From the NCBI GenBank assembly GCA_964016885.1, contig OZ024758.1, positions 930,001 through 994,000 of the forward strand: a stretch of 64,000 nucleotides of DNA, in the 5' to 3' direction. Source of the DNA: Eledone cirrhosa (lineage: Eukaryota). The translations under genes and the position numbers were made by a program. Below the pieces are notes generated by a model, which saw nothing but the letters and a program-made list of their open reading frames with translations, searched no databases and was not told the origin of the DNA. This document shows positions 1 to 12,938 of the stretch, in pieces (the stretch's first letter is position 1; each line of letters starts with the position of its first letter).

Positions 1-500
1 TTCCTAGTGAATTACTCTCTTTACAATCGCCCTGGGCCACTTTACGCCGCTGGCACATTGCGGAGTCACTCATTGTTGTTGCTTCCTATAATAATTAGAG
101 AAAGAAAAAAGAATGTGAAATTTACTATATCGACCAAGACTCTAGTCTAGTAAAGGCGTCCATAATTTCATTCAGCCCTTTCAATTTTTTTCTTTTTGTT
201 CTTTTCTTTGCTTGTCAATAATATTTTCAGTAAACGATAACAACTAAAAGGAAAGGAAGAGAATATAAAAATAATATGAATACGAATATGGAATAACAAT
301 AAAGAAGGCAAAGAAATATTTCCTTCCCTCAGTGTACGAAGGTAGTTTAACTAGAATTGTTTAGTTGGTTCTTCTATAGTAAGGGCCCCTTAAGCCAAAG
401 ATAACTAATAAAAATAGAAATAAATGTTACGCATATTCTTATATATACAACGTCCAGATACACACATACACACACATATATATACACACATACACACAAA

Positions 501-551
<51 letters not shown>

Positions 552-567
552 TTGTTCTGCAAATAAA

Positions 568-643
<76 letters not shown>

Positions 644-1064
644 TGTATGTACACACACACACATATATATACGAGACACACCAACTGTCGCATAATTAAA
701 ATTACACTAAAAGATATCATGTATAACTACATGTACAAACAAACAAATTTGTAAATAAATACACTTTTGTCAATTGCTTATAGAATAAATCCATAGATTG
801 TTGCTGGCCATATTTTGGTAGAGAGCTAATAACTTCCGAATGAGCTGCTCAACCTACAGACAGACAGATACTAGTTCCATCAATTATTTAGGGAGGATCT
901 TGATGGAAAATATTTATTTAATGTTATTTAGGATTAACAATATTGTGTCATTAGATATTAAAACGTTCTCTAGATTTAGTGCAATGATGTGAAGTAAATA
1001 AAGCTGATAAACAGAAGGTATCCAAGGTAAGTACCAATACATTCTCTATAATGTATCACTTAAT

Positions 1065-1420
1065 GCTCTCCTGGTTGGTAAGGGGTCAGAGTTAGCAACT
1101 CCATCAACGAGACGAGCTGGGTGGAAACGTGTCTAATTAACGGCGACCACACATATTCACCGTCGAGGAAGTGGTGGAGGTGCCGTAGCCTAAGCGCATG
1201 TCTGCACATCATCAGCCACAGCATGCCCAGCCCTCCACGTGCTGTTGACAGCAGATGGACCGCCTGACCATCGGAGGGCATCCCTTTCATAAAAAGCATT
1301 GTGCCTAAATACAAGGTGCACATAGAAAACGGGGAATGACTTGCTTGTGCTTGCTTGGACACTAGTCAGAACTTGAGGAACAAATTCATGTCCAGTTGTA
1401 TTCCAACCACAGCTATTCTG
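1065..1420 (-). pseudogene. Decayed L1/Tx1-like LINE ORF2 fragment (region downstream of RT)
   Basis: Minus-strand translation ...GGLGMLWLMMCRHALRLRHLHHFLDGEYVWSPLIR... contains the GGLG motif typical of the L1/Tx1 post-RT region. It is a GC-richer island in AT-rich flanks. Family assigned from recall. Confidence 0.6.
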
Positions 1421-1927
1421 TCTTTCTGTAAACCTATAACAAAATTATCCAATGTGTCTTTCATTTTTTTAAAAAAGAAGTTGGTGAGTAATTTGAAGAA
1501 AGTTGAGTCATAATTCTCGCAGGATGACCGTCTCGTGTCCAATTTACTCAGTCTTCCCAGTATATTATATGATGTAATTTAAAGGAATTTGACTGACTGC
1601 TATCTATAGCAAGGTGAAATACCGTGTATAATGATCAATAGTCTTAACCTAGCCACATTCATTATTTCCTTCGTACAAGTCTTCAATTCATAATGGAGTG
1701 AATAATGTATCATATGACATTGCTGAACAACTCACAGGTGTGTTATACACGAGAGAGCATTAACATTGAATCTAAGGAAAACTAGCCGTATTGAATTTAT
1801 CTGATAAACAGTGGGGAATATTTATAATTACATCTCACTAAAGTTGTAAAATCGCTAAAGCAATCCCTGTAGGCTATATGTATTATTAAGAAATCATTCA
1901 GAAAGCGTTTAATATCTCTCTCTCCCC

Positions 1928-2024
<97 letters not shown>

Positions 2025-2957
2025 CCTCTCTCTCTGTCTCCCTCTCCTCTCTCTACACATTTCTCTATATTTCTTTGCCTCTTTCTTCATTTCTCTTTCT
2101 GCTTCCATTTTCACTTTTCACTTTTAGATGTAACCCTCTTACAAACTTACACAATATTCACCGACGTACCTGTCTGTACACGAGTGTGCTTCTGTGTGTG
2201 TATATGCAAGGACGTGTGTGTGTAGTGTGTATTAAATACACATAACAATTGATATTTGTTTTATCACTCACTGAACCTCAGTCCTGTCAAAATTAATCCT
2301 TTAAATGTTTAGTCTATCGTATTTAACCCTTTAATTACATCACCCCATTTTATCTCCGCAAAGAACAAAATACGAAGTAAACCGGGTGTCAAGCGAAATA
2401 AATTAAAAATAATAATGGTTATATTTGTTCGACGCACCAAATCTTTAAATCTCACGCTGGCATAAATATGCAAATACTGATCACATTATACATCCAATGC
2501 ACTTAACGAATACTTTACCCCAAGGTTAAGATGCTTGTGAAATTGTTCTCCTTTCAGATTACTGTTCTTTTTCTCATGAAACTGCAGTAAGGGGAATATT
2601 TCTTAAGCCTCTAGCTTCAGGTTTCTTAACAAATAATTTACCCCTATGTTAAAAAGCTTGTGAAATTGTTGTCTTTAGATAACGGGATCTACCTGTTGGT
2701 CAGTCTGTATTTTTATTTAATATAATTCTATATTTATAAGCTTCTCTAATTTTCTTTTTTTTCTTCAGCAATATTTTTCTTCGAGATGTAAAGCCTATTG
2801 CTGACAAATTTACCGTTGGTCATTCTGTATTTTAATTTGAGATATATATATTTATATATTTATATATGTATATATATGGGGGGGGGGGGGTTTCGTGTCT
2901 GTGTGCATATATATATATATATATATATGTACATATATATGTACATGTGTGTGCGTG

Positions 2958-3032
2958 TACGGGGTCGATAAAATAAAGTACCAGTAATGCACTGGGTTAT
3001 TACTAGCCCTGTGCCAAAAGTAGAAACAATTA
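2958..3032 (+). mobile_element. SINE family A, 3' fragment
   Basis: acggggtcgataaaataaagtaccagtaatgcactggg...tgtgccaaaagtagaaacaatta matches the full copies at 10403 and 33043. Confidence 0.9.
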
Positions 3033-4362
3033 TGAGCTACAATACAACAATAACAAAATAAGCGGCAACAGTAAGATACTCTGAATATTTAGCTTCTGGG
3101 CAGTCACGAACTTCTAGTAACTTTAAGAATATTTATCTGTATTCAGTCACACTCTGCCTTCTTTAAAAAGGCAAGTACCCTTTCGATAACTTTGATCTAT
3201 CTATCCCTAAAATACGGAATGGTCACAGCTGGAATTCCTTTGATTATAGTCTGCTCCACCAAAGCTGAGCAGGGAATAACACATACATAAAAGACCAACG
3301 ATATCTGCGGGGCAAAAAATAAAAGAGCGGGAAAGTTGTTGGTAGAAACAAATAAAGGAAAATAAATGAACAACACATCTGTTGCAGGAGTATTTCATAG
3401 AAATAAAGAAAACAGAGGCAAGTCAAAATATATTGATCTCTAGCATTACTAGGATTTTCGAGGAGGCATTGTTGTTGATGATATGACGGTTCACACCTGT
3501 GCAGGTAATGCTCGTCTCCTATGAGGATACACATCATAGACGGTGTCCCGGGGTTATAATGACGGTGACCTCCTTCTTATGGTATAACATGTTTACTCAA
3601 ACAGATAACTTAAAGTCCGATGCTCTATTAACTCTGATGAAATAAATACTGGTCTTGTGTGTATGTTACGGGCCCCAATGAGATGAAATGAAAAATTATC
3701 TTCGTTGGGATTTAAATTCGTAGCGCAGAGTACCGAAATAAATATCATAAGTTATTTACCATGACGCTTTGATGACACAGCCAATTTGTCAGTAGAAAGA
3801 TATAATAGATTGAATAAACTTTGAGTACAGGATCGGTATTCATTTGATCTGGAGGACTGAGACTTAGAGACATATTTCGGAAGAATTTCAATTTTAACCG
3901 TAAAGTGAAAGCACAGAATTGTTTGAGTCTAGGATAAAATACCTTGTGTATTTGTTCGACACTTTGCGTTCTGAGTTCATATCCAGCTGTTCCCTAATTT
4001 GTTTGTAGACATAATTCGTCACCTGGCTTAACACGATTACATGACCGGTGTAGGCCTTTAGCGGAGACCATTCTGTTCAAATATTCGGTCAAGTTCTTTA
4101 TTGTGAGTATAGGTCCCTATCTCTGCGAACAGATTTGTGGTGATGAATAGGGTCTTTAACACAACCAATGTAATGCAAACAGAACAGAAAACATGAAAGA
4201 AATTAAAGCCTTTTATATGACACTGTATGGATTCAAAATGGCCAGGAGGAAAAAGGATGTACCCCATGTCTCGCACAAAAGAAGAAAGGCATTCTATAGA
4301 TTCGAGCTTTTGGAGAAAAACCGCTGTGGTTAAGCAGTGCCTTTTGAGTAAAGTATGTATAT

Positions 4363-4634
4363 ATGGACCCGTAACTCCCGAGGGAGTCATAGGGGCGCCA
4401 TATTAACATACGGCTTTTCAAATCCATTTTTGAACTCGAGAGATCCCATCTCCTCTTCAGGTCTGATTACAGCAGATTTCTTCCAGAGAATGATAGACAG
4501 TAAGAGAAAGTAAGTGACAAGTAAGTGACAAAGAGATATAGAGGAACAATCGATCCCAGTACTAGACTGGTACTATTTTATTGACCTTAAATGGAGGAAA
4601 AAAGAACTTAAACTTCGGGGGCATTTGAACTCAC
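4363..4634 (-). mobile_element. SINE-related element with extended 3' part (second copy at 36401-36722)
   Basis: Shares atgg.cccgt.actcccgag, gccatatt and cagatttctt...gagaatgataga blocks with 36401-36530. Both then continue into a reverse SINE-A-like body (...atttgaac). Confidence 0.7.
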
Positions 4635-4635
4635 A

Positions 4636-5196
4636 TCTACCTGGAGTGACGCTCTGATCTCTGAGCTACAAATCTGTCCAGCGATTCTTTCCTGAGACTG
4701 TCTAACCATATGTCCATAGTATTGGATCTGTGATCTCTCAATTCGGAGAAGTAGCAGCTCTACCTGGAGTGACTCTCTTATCTCTAAGCTACAAATCTGT
4801 GCAGCGATTCTTTCTTTAAACATTCTAACCACATGTCCATGTCTGTGATATCTCAATTCTGAGAAGTAGCAGCTCTACCTGGAGTGACTCTCTTATCTCT
4901 AAGCTACAAATCTGTCCTGCGATTCTTTCCTGAGACATTCTAACCACATGTCCATAGTATCGGAGCTGTGATATCTCAATTTTGAGAAGTAACGGCTCTA
5001 CCTGGAGTGTCTCTTTTGTCTCTAAGCTACAAATCTGTCCAACGATTCGAAGTAGCAGCTCTACCTGGAGTGACTCTCTTATCTCTAAGCTACAGATCTG
5101 TCCAGCGATTCTTTCTTTAAACATTCTAACCACATGTCCATAGTATGTCTGTCATATCTCAATTCTGAGAAGTAGCGGCTCTACCTGGAGTGACTC
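4636..5196 (-). repeat. Tandem array (~123-bp unit, about 5 units) of an RTE-clade LINE ORF fragment
   Basis: ctggagtg recurs at 4641, 4764, 4879, 5002, 5065 and 5185. The minus-strand unit reads approximately SLEIRESLQVEPLLLRIERSQLRYYGHVVRMSQERIAGQI, matching the RTE/Expander post-RT motif (..EPLLLRIERSQLRW.GH..RM). Confidence 0.85.
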
Positions 5197-5738
5197 ATTT
5201 TGATGTTCGTTGTTTTTATTATTATTTGTTGTCTTTCGCTTTAAACATATTAATGTTAGTAGAGAGGTAAAATAAGATAAATATGATACATCCTTGTCCT
5301 TAAAACCAATGTATAAACGGTCAAACGTATAGATTACAGTTCTATATTTTTTCTATGCTGAACGTTAGAATTCTTTGTACCTTGACTTTTCAGAAAATGC
5401 AGTGGCTCGGCAACGTAGGTTCCAATTATAACTAACTTTCTTAACTCAGATTATACAACTATCACAGAGTTCTCAACGGGATATCTCTAAGACGTCTTGA
5501 AAATTATGAAGAGGTCATTCTTTCAGTATATTCATATATCTCTATTATTCCTAAACTGTCTACATTGAGAATTTTCAAGAATAGTATTCTATTCCCGCAG
5601 GGCGTTAGCTTGCGGAAGAAATGTTCTGGCTTTTCTTTAACTTGATAACTCGCAATTTTATTCATTTCTCTTCGGCAACAAAACTAATTCTTCGTAAATC
5701 TATTAATGAGATTTTACACTATTCTAAAAAAACTTTTA

Positions 5739-5788
<50 letters not shown>

Positions 5789-5851
5789 TATATAAATATA
5801 TATATAATAATTCAAAATATTAACAAAAATAGACATTCGTGTGATCAAGTA

Positions 5852-5918
5852 TATTTTATTATACATATTTCAGAGGTACTGAGCTAACTTCAACAGTACG
5901 TCCTCATCAGATAAAATA
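5852..5918 (-). ncRNA. Type I hammerhead ribozyme motif (family H1)
   Basis: Minus strand reads TATTTTAT-CTGATGA-GGACGTACTG-(12-nt loop)-CAGTACCTCT-GAAA-TATGTA-TA/ATAAAATA. Helix I is 8 bp, helix II pairs at 9 of 10 positions, and the core is intact. Confidence 0.8.
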
Positions 5919-6028
5919 AGATGATACATGAGATTCCCTGACATAGTAGATGGTTAAGATTCAGTCATGGTAGTGAATAATCTATTGTAAAACTCATTCT
6001 TTGATTTATTCATTGAACCTTGTTTAAC

Positions 6029-6142
<114 letters not shown>

Positions 6143-6496
6143 ATATATATATATGTGTATATATATATATGTATATATATATATATGTATATATATATAT
6201 GTGTGTATGATTAAATCGAGCATACACACTCACACACACCCACACATAGATAGACAGACAGACAGACACACACACATATATATATATACATACATATGCA
6301 TATATACATATGTGTGTGCATGTGTGTGTCTTTATGTGTGCGTGTATGGCGAAACGGTTTAAGCTTGACCGTAGGGAATATCTATCTAATGATAATGGTG
6401 TCTAATTTAGTGAAAGGTAAGCAATTAGGTGGGGAGAGGGGGGAGGGATGTTGATTAAAACGACTTCAGTGTTTGACTGATATTATTTTTATCAGA

Positions 6497-6581
6497 CACC
6501 ATGCTTTGCAGCATAGAGTTATGGCCCTTTAAGTTTTGAGTTTAAATCGTGCCTAGGTTAACTTAACCTTTCACCCTTACG
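6497..6581 (+). mobile_element. SINE family A, internal fragment
   Basis: ccatgctttgcagcatagagttatggccctttaagttttgagtttaaatc...ctttcacccttacg matches the family A consensus. Confidence 0.8.
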
Positions 6582-6589
6582 TATATGAG

Positions 6590-6626
<37 letters not shown>

Positions 6627-6664
6627 ATATATAAATGTATATATGCATATATGTGTATATATAC

Positions 6665-6728
<64 letters not shown>

Positions 6729-7184
6729 GAGAAGTGTTGATATAAAAGAGCTGATAGAGTACCTTTCGATATTTGTTCAAGTTCTGAGATTATGTCTTAA
6801 TGAGATCACGTTTGACCTCCATCGTGCCGGGGTCAATCAAGAGAGCGCAAGTCTATGTTGATATATTTCCGGAAACGACAGCGTGCGGACGGATGCCTAC
6901 TGGTGCTCTGACTATTTAGTTCACAGCTCGTCTCCATTAAATCGAAACGAAATATCTTTTGTAACTCGGACAAAGTTGACATACATCTGAAATATTCGTA
7001 AACAATTTTCCACATATTTTAGTGTAGCACATTCCCCTGGGCCAGAGATGCAGGCCGAATAAGTTGTAAAGGGACTCTAAATCTCTACCTCTCGTCTCTT
7101 CATATGTAAAATGTTGTATATAATTATGTAATTTAAATTTGTTTTTATTCAATTACAAGTTTCGAATATTAGACTTATATGTAT

Positions 7185-7620
7185 GAGAGGCAGAGATGAC
7201 CCCTTAGCCTTTGTCAAGGCAGAATTCTAGGAGAAGGAGAACTCTGATATAACACCTGCAACCCTGATGGTATCCAATGATGTTGACTTGTTCTTCTTTT
7301 TGATAAATATCATCTTGGTTAAGAGAGTGGGACTGGCTTTGTGCAGTGCTTTTGCTCACATAAAAGCTTCACGTCACAGGCATTGCTTTATATCTGGAGA
7401 TCTCTCTACACTTGTCATCACATGGTACCATGGGCCCAGCACTATGTGTCAATAATTGTCACAAGTGTAGTGTTTGTACCAGAGTTTTCAAGCCGCTGGC
7501 TGGACTAAAAAGTCACACTCGTACAGCGCATCGGTAGGGTTCTCCTACATGGATATAAAGTAGTGGCCGTACTCGAAAACGAGTTGGCAGCCACCATGTA
7601 TGTATGTATGTATGTATATG
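7185..7620 (+). mobile_element. Non-autonomous bipartite RTE-derived element (5' UTR-like part, 3' ORF end, (TATG)n tail)
   Basis: ctaggagaaggagaactctga resembles an RTE 5' UTR motif (recall). 7460-7537 encodes HKCSVCTRVFKPLAGLKSHTRTAHR*, a C2H2 finger like RTE/BovB C-termini. The element ends in atgt repeats; a second copy lies at 61940-62313 (-). Confidence 0.75.
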
Positions 7621-7776
7621 TACAAATATATGTATATATATGTACATATATGTGTATATATATACATGTTCATACACACACACATACACACATATATATA
7701 TATATATATATTGAGAGAGAGAGAGAGATATAGATGTGTATATATATATATATATATATGAGTGTATATATGTTAT

Positions 7777-7967
7777 TATGATTTCTACTATAGGCACAAG
7801 GCCAGATATCGACCCCAGTGCATTACTGGTGCTTTATTTTATCGACCCCATAAGGATGAAAGGCAAAGCTAACCTCGGTGGGAGTTGAACGCAGAACGTA
7901 AAGGGCCGTAACTCTATGCTACAAAACATGGTGTCCAACGCTCTTCCAATTCTGCCAACTCCCCACC
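7777..7967 (-). mobile_element. SINE family A, near full length
   Basis: Reverse complement of the family A consensus, including the B-box region and the ggtcgataaaataaag core. Confidence 0.9.
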
Positions 7968-9046
7968 TTCTATGTATGTTAATATGAAAAACGTTGTTCA
8001 TAGGACATCTCTTGTGATCCTTTACAACTGTGAATATGTATATTTTTTGTGGTGGCATTTCATCTAGATGCCGAAATACTAAAATCTGACAGGTGTATAA
8101 TCTTTCACAACACGTGATGAGTCAATAAATACCAAAATTATCAAAAATTTAAACACATCCAAGAAAATTAAAAATAAAGAAGGAAACGAGAAGATATCAC
8201 TTTGACACCTCATAAAAAAAAAGATTCGCTATTTTTTACACTCATTCGATTTGTAACAAAGTTTTATGTATCGCTATACATATATTTTATGTATGTATGT
8301 ATGTATGTATGTATGTATGTATGTATGTATGTATGTATGTATGTATGTATGTATGTATGTGTGTGTGTGGGTGTAAGTATACGTGTATGTATGTGTGGAT
8401 GTGTATATGTGTGTACGTATGTATGAATGTATGTATGTATGTGGTTGAGTGGGTGTAAGTATGCGTGTATGTATGTGTAGATATGTGTGTATGTTTGTAT
8501 GCTTGTATATATGTATGTATATATGTACGTATGTTTGTATGCATGTATGTATATATGCATGTCTGTATGTATATATGTATGTTTGTACATATGTATGTAT
8601 GCATGTATGTATGCATATATCTATGTATGTATATACATGTATATATGTATATATATGTATGTATGTATATATATATGTATATATACATACATATATATAT
8701 ATATATATGTATGTATATATATATATATATGTATATATGTGTGTGTGTGTATATATATATACATATCCACATGCACCCACACAGTATATACACATAAGAA
8801 GTAAAAGAGAATCCTTTAAAGATTCATAAATGAAAAATCTCAGTAAAAAAATGTGAAAGTTTCTAAAGACATAACAACATAAAAAATATATGTACGTAAA
8901 TTCTGGCAGCTTTCAACTGAAAACTTGGAAATTTGGCACTAAAATTTGGTTGTATAGATTACTTTATGAATCGATTATTTCTGAGTAGAATTATTTGTTT
9001 TTAATTTTCTGTTATTGTTTCATATATATATATATATATGTATATA

Positions 9047-9173
<127 letters not shown>

Positions 9174-9632
9174 GTGTGTGCATGTGTATCTCTGTGTGTA
9201 TATGTATGTGTGTGTGTATTAATTATTTACTGGTTGTATATTAGATTAATATTTTGTTATTTTTCTTTGTAAAGTTGTTTCCTGAATTATTTTGTACACA
9301 ATTTCTAGTTTCGTTTTCTATATTTCAATATTAATTATTAGTAAGAGTTTAATAAATACACGATAGTGGAACTGGGAATTAAGGAAATAATTACAGAACA
9401 CTAGTACATATTTCTACCAATATGTTTATATAGATATTAGTGTATATAACTGTTAATTTGTGTTACCATGTATAGAGAATGAGAGAGAGGTGAAGGGAAA
9501 AAATGGATTTAAAGAGCTAAAGAGAATCTTCGACCGGGTGTTTATTTTATATTGATTGTTATGGATTTGTTAATTACACACGTAAGTAAACATGCTTGTA
9601 TATATATGTATATATATGTATATATATATTTG

Positions 9633-9675
<43 letters not shown>

Positions 9676-9786
9676 GCATGTACGTATGTATATATACATG
9701 CATATATATTCATAATTAATTATAAACTCTCGCTAATATACTCCCCTAGCCCAAGTGTCAACTACTCTGGTGGTAAAATCCTGATC

Positions 9787-9908
<122 letters not shown>

Positions 9909-9912
9909 TATA

Positions 9913-9948
<36 letters not shown>

Positions 9949-10148
9949 TGGAGAAAGATAAAGAGAAATAGATTGAGAGATAGCGAGATAGATAGATAGA
10001 TAAATATATATATTTATATATAATGTAGGAGGTGAGTTTTATTGTAGCACAATAAAGCAATGCAAATATCGGATAAGTAGCACTCAACAGTTTATAGGAC
10101 TCGAGTATAAATAATATAAGATCAAAAGATGGTTAAAAGAGTTCCATG

Positions 10149-10218
10149 TATTTTATTATGCGCATTTCAAAAACAATATCATCATAGGATGATATTTGCA
10201 TTCTCATCAAATAAAATA
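10149..10218 (-). ncRNA. Type I hammerhead ribozyme motif (family H1), C3U variant
   Basis: Minus strand reads TATTTTAT-TTGATGA-GAATGCAAATATCATC-CTAT-GATGATATTGTTTTT-GAAA-TGCGCA-TA/ATAAAATA. Confidence 0.7.
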
Positions 10219-10289
10219 GGGAGACATGATATGTTGATTTAACACTTCACTGCTCGCAAGTGTTTTTTAAGCTTCATATCATGTCTCCC

Positions 10290-10360
10290 TATTTTATCTG
10301 ATGAGAACGCAAATATCATCCCATGATGATATTTGTTTTTGAAATGCGCATAATAAAATA
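10290..10360 (+). ncRNA. Type I hammerhead ribozyme motif (family H1), intact core
   Basis: TATTTTAT-CTGATGA(10298-10304)-GAACGCAAATATCATC-CCAT-GATGATATTTGTTTTT-GAAA(10341-10344)-TGCGCA-TA/ATAAAATA. Helix I is 8 bp, helix II pairs at 15 of 16 positions, helix III is palindromic. Predicted cleavage after 10352 (AUA). Confidence 0.87.
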
Positions 10361-10402
10361 CATGGAACTCTTTTAACCATCTTTTGATCTTATATTATAT
10401 TT

Positions 10403-10585
10403 AATTGGCAGTACCGGTAGAGGGTCGGGCGCCATGCTTTGACGCATAGAATTACGGCCCTTGCCATTCTGAGTTCAAATCCCGCCGAGGTTAACTTTAC
10501 CTTTCATCCTTACGGCGTCGATAAAATAAAGTACCAGTAATGCACTGGGTAATTGGTGGCCTTGTGCCAAAAGTAGAAACAATTA
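10403..10585 (+). mobile_element. SINE family A (tRNA-derived head plus conserved central domain)
   Basis: A-box-like tggcagtaccgg and B-box gagttcaaatcc, then ctttcatccttacggcgtcgataaaataaagtaccag (resembles the Meta/MESC SINE domain, from recall), then the gccaaaagtagaaacaatta tail. More than 10 copies in the window. Confidence 0.92.
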
Positions 10586-10620
10586 TATTTATATATATAT
10601 ATAGTTAGATAGATAAATAA

Positions 10621-10656
<36 letters not shown>

Positions 10657-10695
10657 ATAAATAGATAGATAGTTAGATAAATATATATATATAAT

Positions 10696-10741
<46 letters not shown>

Positions 10742-10748
10742 TATACAT

Positions 10749-10813
<65 letters not shown>

Positions 10814-11199
10814 GAGATGAAAGTTTGTCAGTGAGACAGGCCGGTCATACAAGCGGCGACATACATAAGCAGACATATAGATGCAAAAGCCGGCAGACAT
10901 TAAAGTAACGCGTGTCGAATGGGGTTTAGTATTTGGCACGTGTGCGGTTCGGTAGATACACGTGTTTCAGTTTAACATGAATAAGAACCCGTTGTCCGTG
11001 TAAATATATTTGAAATCAACTATAGTCTTTTGTACTGAAGGCCACAAATAATGGAGTTATTGTTGATTGATTCTAGAAGGAAGAAAGGTAAATTTGACCT
11101 CGACAGTATTTGAACACTTATTTGAAATGTAGGCAGGTCAGGGATTTGACACCTAAGCTCAACCTACAGATTTAGACTTCAAATTCATCTTAAATCATT

Positions 11200-11403
11200 T
11201 ACAGAGTTCGGCTGAAAAGTTTATAGACTGATAAGATACTCTCATGGAATAACCAAATCAATTTTATATTTCAACATTGTCTCTGGAAAAAAAAATCAAT
11301 GCAGTCATTAATAAAATGAGTTGAAAATAATGCATGCAGGACTTCACAGCTCTAGCATCCCTCCTTCATAATCAGCCTATGAATAGTTCGTTTAATCCTC
11401 GTA
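11200..11403. mobile_element. Mariner-like MITE, copy 1
   Basis: Imperfect ~32-bp TIRs (tacagagttcggctgaaaagtttatagactga / tcagcctatgaa...cctcgta) with TA termini. The internal aagatactctcatggaa...tttcaacat block is shared with 45147 and 51409. Confidence 0.75.
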
Positions 11404-11643
11404 GTAAGAACCAGGCTGTTCTTGTTCTTGTCAGCCATGGTCAGCCCCGGTAAAATAAAGAAATGGTCAAAGGCAATTCAGCCGTGAGCATCGTGCATAT
11501 CAAGGTATATATATATAGAAGGTGAGGTAAGATACCAGGTGGACCATAACGCAGAGTACTCGATACTTAGGATAGTAGAGTGGGTAATAGTTCGGATCTA
11601 GCTGTTGAAACGGCCGGAGCTCAGCCGTCGGAGTCCTGACTCT

Positions 11644-11683
<40 letters not shown>

Positions 11684-11844
11684 CCTTATTGTTCCAACTC
11701 TTTGTAATTTGACTTCAATTGATGGCGGTTTGTGTTTCATCATTCCGGGTTTGATAAATAAAATACCTGTATAGCAGTCCTGCAATTTAGTTGATACTTC
11801 TGTCTCACTCTCTCACTATTGCCACACATTATCATAATATTCTA

Positions 11845-12105
11845 AAAGTCTAAAGTCTGTTCCGAGCTCGGTGGCTCTTCAGTCCATTGCTTATCCCGGT
11901 TTCTCTGGCGTTGTCTGAGAGTACAAGACTCTGCCCTGGACCCCAACCATCGCAGGTATAATTCTCCGGCTACTGAGTTTCAGCTGAGTATAATAGAACA
12001 ACATGGAATGAAGTGTTTTGCTCAAGGACACAATGCACCACTCAGTCCAGGAACCGAACACAAACATTATGATCGTAAGTCAAACCCACTTACCACCAGG
12101 TTCTG
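11845..12105 (-). mobile_element. SINE family B (tRNA head, CORE/V-like domains, agacttt tail)
   Basis: aagtgttttgctcaaggacacaa...ggaaccgaac is the reverse head. The 3' part (gtactctcag...accgggataa...cagactttagact) matches 55600-55692. Confidence 0.8.
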
Positions 12106-12614
12106 CACCTCCACTAGTTGTAGACGTTTTGCTTTAGATACAAATATTTTCATCTTGAATTTTTATTGTAGGTTCATGTATTTGCAGTGGAGTTGAACAG
12201 AGAAACAGTTCCACTTGGTTAGAATTATACGGATCAAAGGTTTGTTTGGTGAGCTTTTTGTAGAGAGCGTTGTTTCAACTGATCTAGCTCTTCACAGGTA
12301 AGAAGGTTTAGGTTTTTATTGTTGAGTTGTGATGTCGCTAACGCTCTGTCATACCTCCACACAATCGACATTAGTAACAGATTACAAGCGGAAACAAACA
12401 TCAGCTATGTTACTATGTACTCTATATTTGAGATTTGTCTTTTGTTTACACAGTTATCCATGCCTAGCTCAGATCTTACATACATTATAGTCAATCGACT
12501 TCGTTTCAACAATTTAACAAACGCCGAAGCCAGTTTTCACGCTATTTAATTTTCATTCACTAGAATAATATATTTTGTTGTCATTCTGAGACTCAGGGAC
12601 GACGTTCATGTTAT

Positions 12615-12658
12615 GATTTTCTGATGAGATCTAATACGACCAAAACATGTCGGGAAAT
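12615..12658 (+). ncRNA. Decayed hammerhead-like motif
   Basis: TTTT-CTGATGA-GATC-TAATAC-GACC-AAAA-CATG-TC/GGGAAA. It has a G12A change and one helix II mismatch; helix III is the palindrome ACATGT with a GUC triplet. Confidence 0.5.
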
Positions 12659-12882
12659 GTTTCCATTCTACATTCTCGGTTATACTCTCAATATTCATTG
12701 AGATATAACTAAGTTTATCATACAATTCGTCGGCTAGCGCATTTCTCACTTCATATCTTGATTAATTAACAAAACGAGTGCTAAATATATGGAAATAACT
12801 ACAGCTATTTAGGAATAAAACTAAGAGTAAATGGGTATATATAACCATGAAATACATGTTCCCTTGAAGATGGTTGAATGAT

Positions 12883-12938
12883 AAACACACCTTCTGATTA
12901 GGGTCAAATTAGATCCGAAAATCGGTTGAAGATGTTTA
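12883..12938 (+). ncRNA. Decayed hammerhead-like motif
   Basis: CTGATTA-GGGTC-AAATTA-GATCC-GAAA-ATCGG-TT with partly complementary flanks (acaccttc / gaagatgt). G8 is mutated. Confidence 0.4.

Larger units (their letters stand above)
10111..10398. repeat. Long inverted repeat (arms 10111-10233 and 10275-10398, 41-bp spacer), each arm carrying a hammerhead motif
   Basis: ataatataagatcaaaagatggttaaaagagttccatg...gagacatgatatg is mirrored with only a handful of differences. Confidence 0.95.

Noticed and set aside
12172-12297. Candidate 126-nt exon (ttgtag| ... CAG|gtaaga)
   Set aside because: Stop codons occur in all three frames. At most a non-coding exon, which is unsupported without RNA data.
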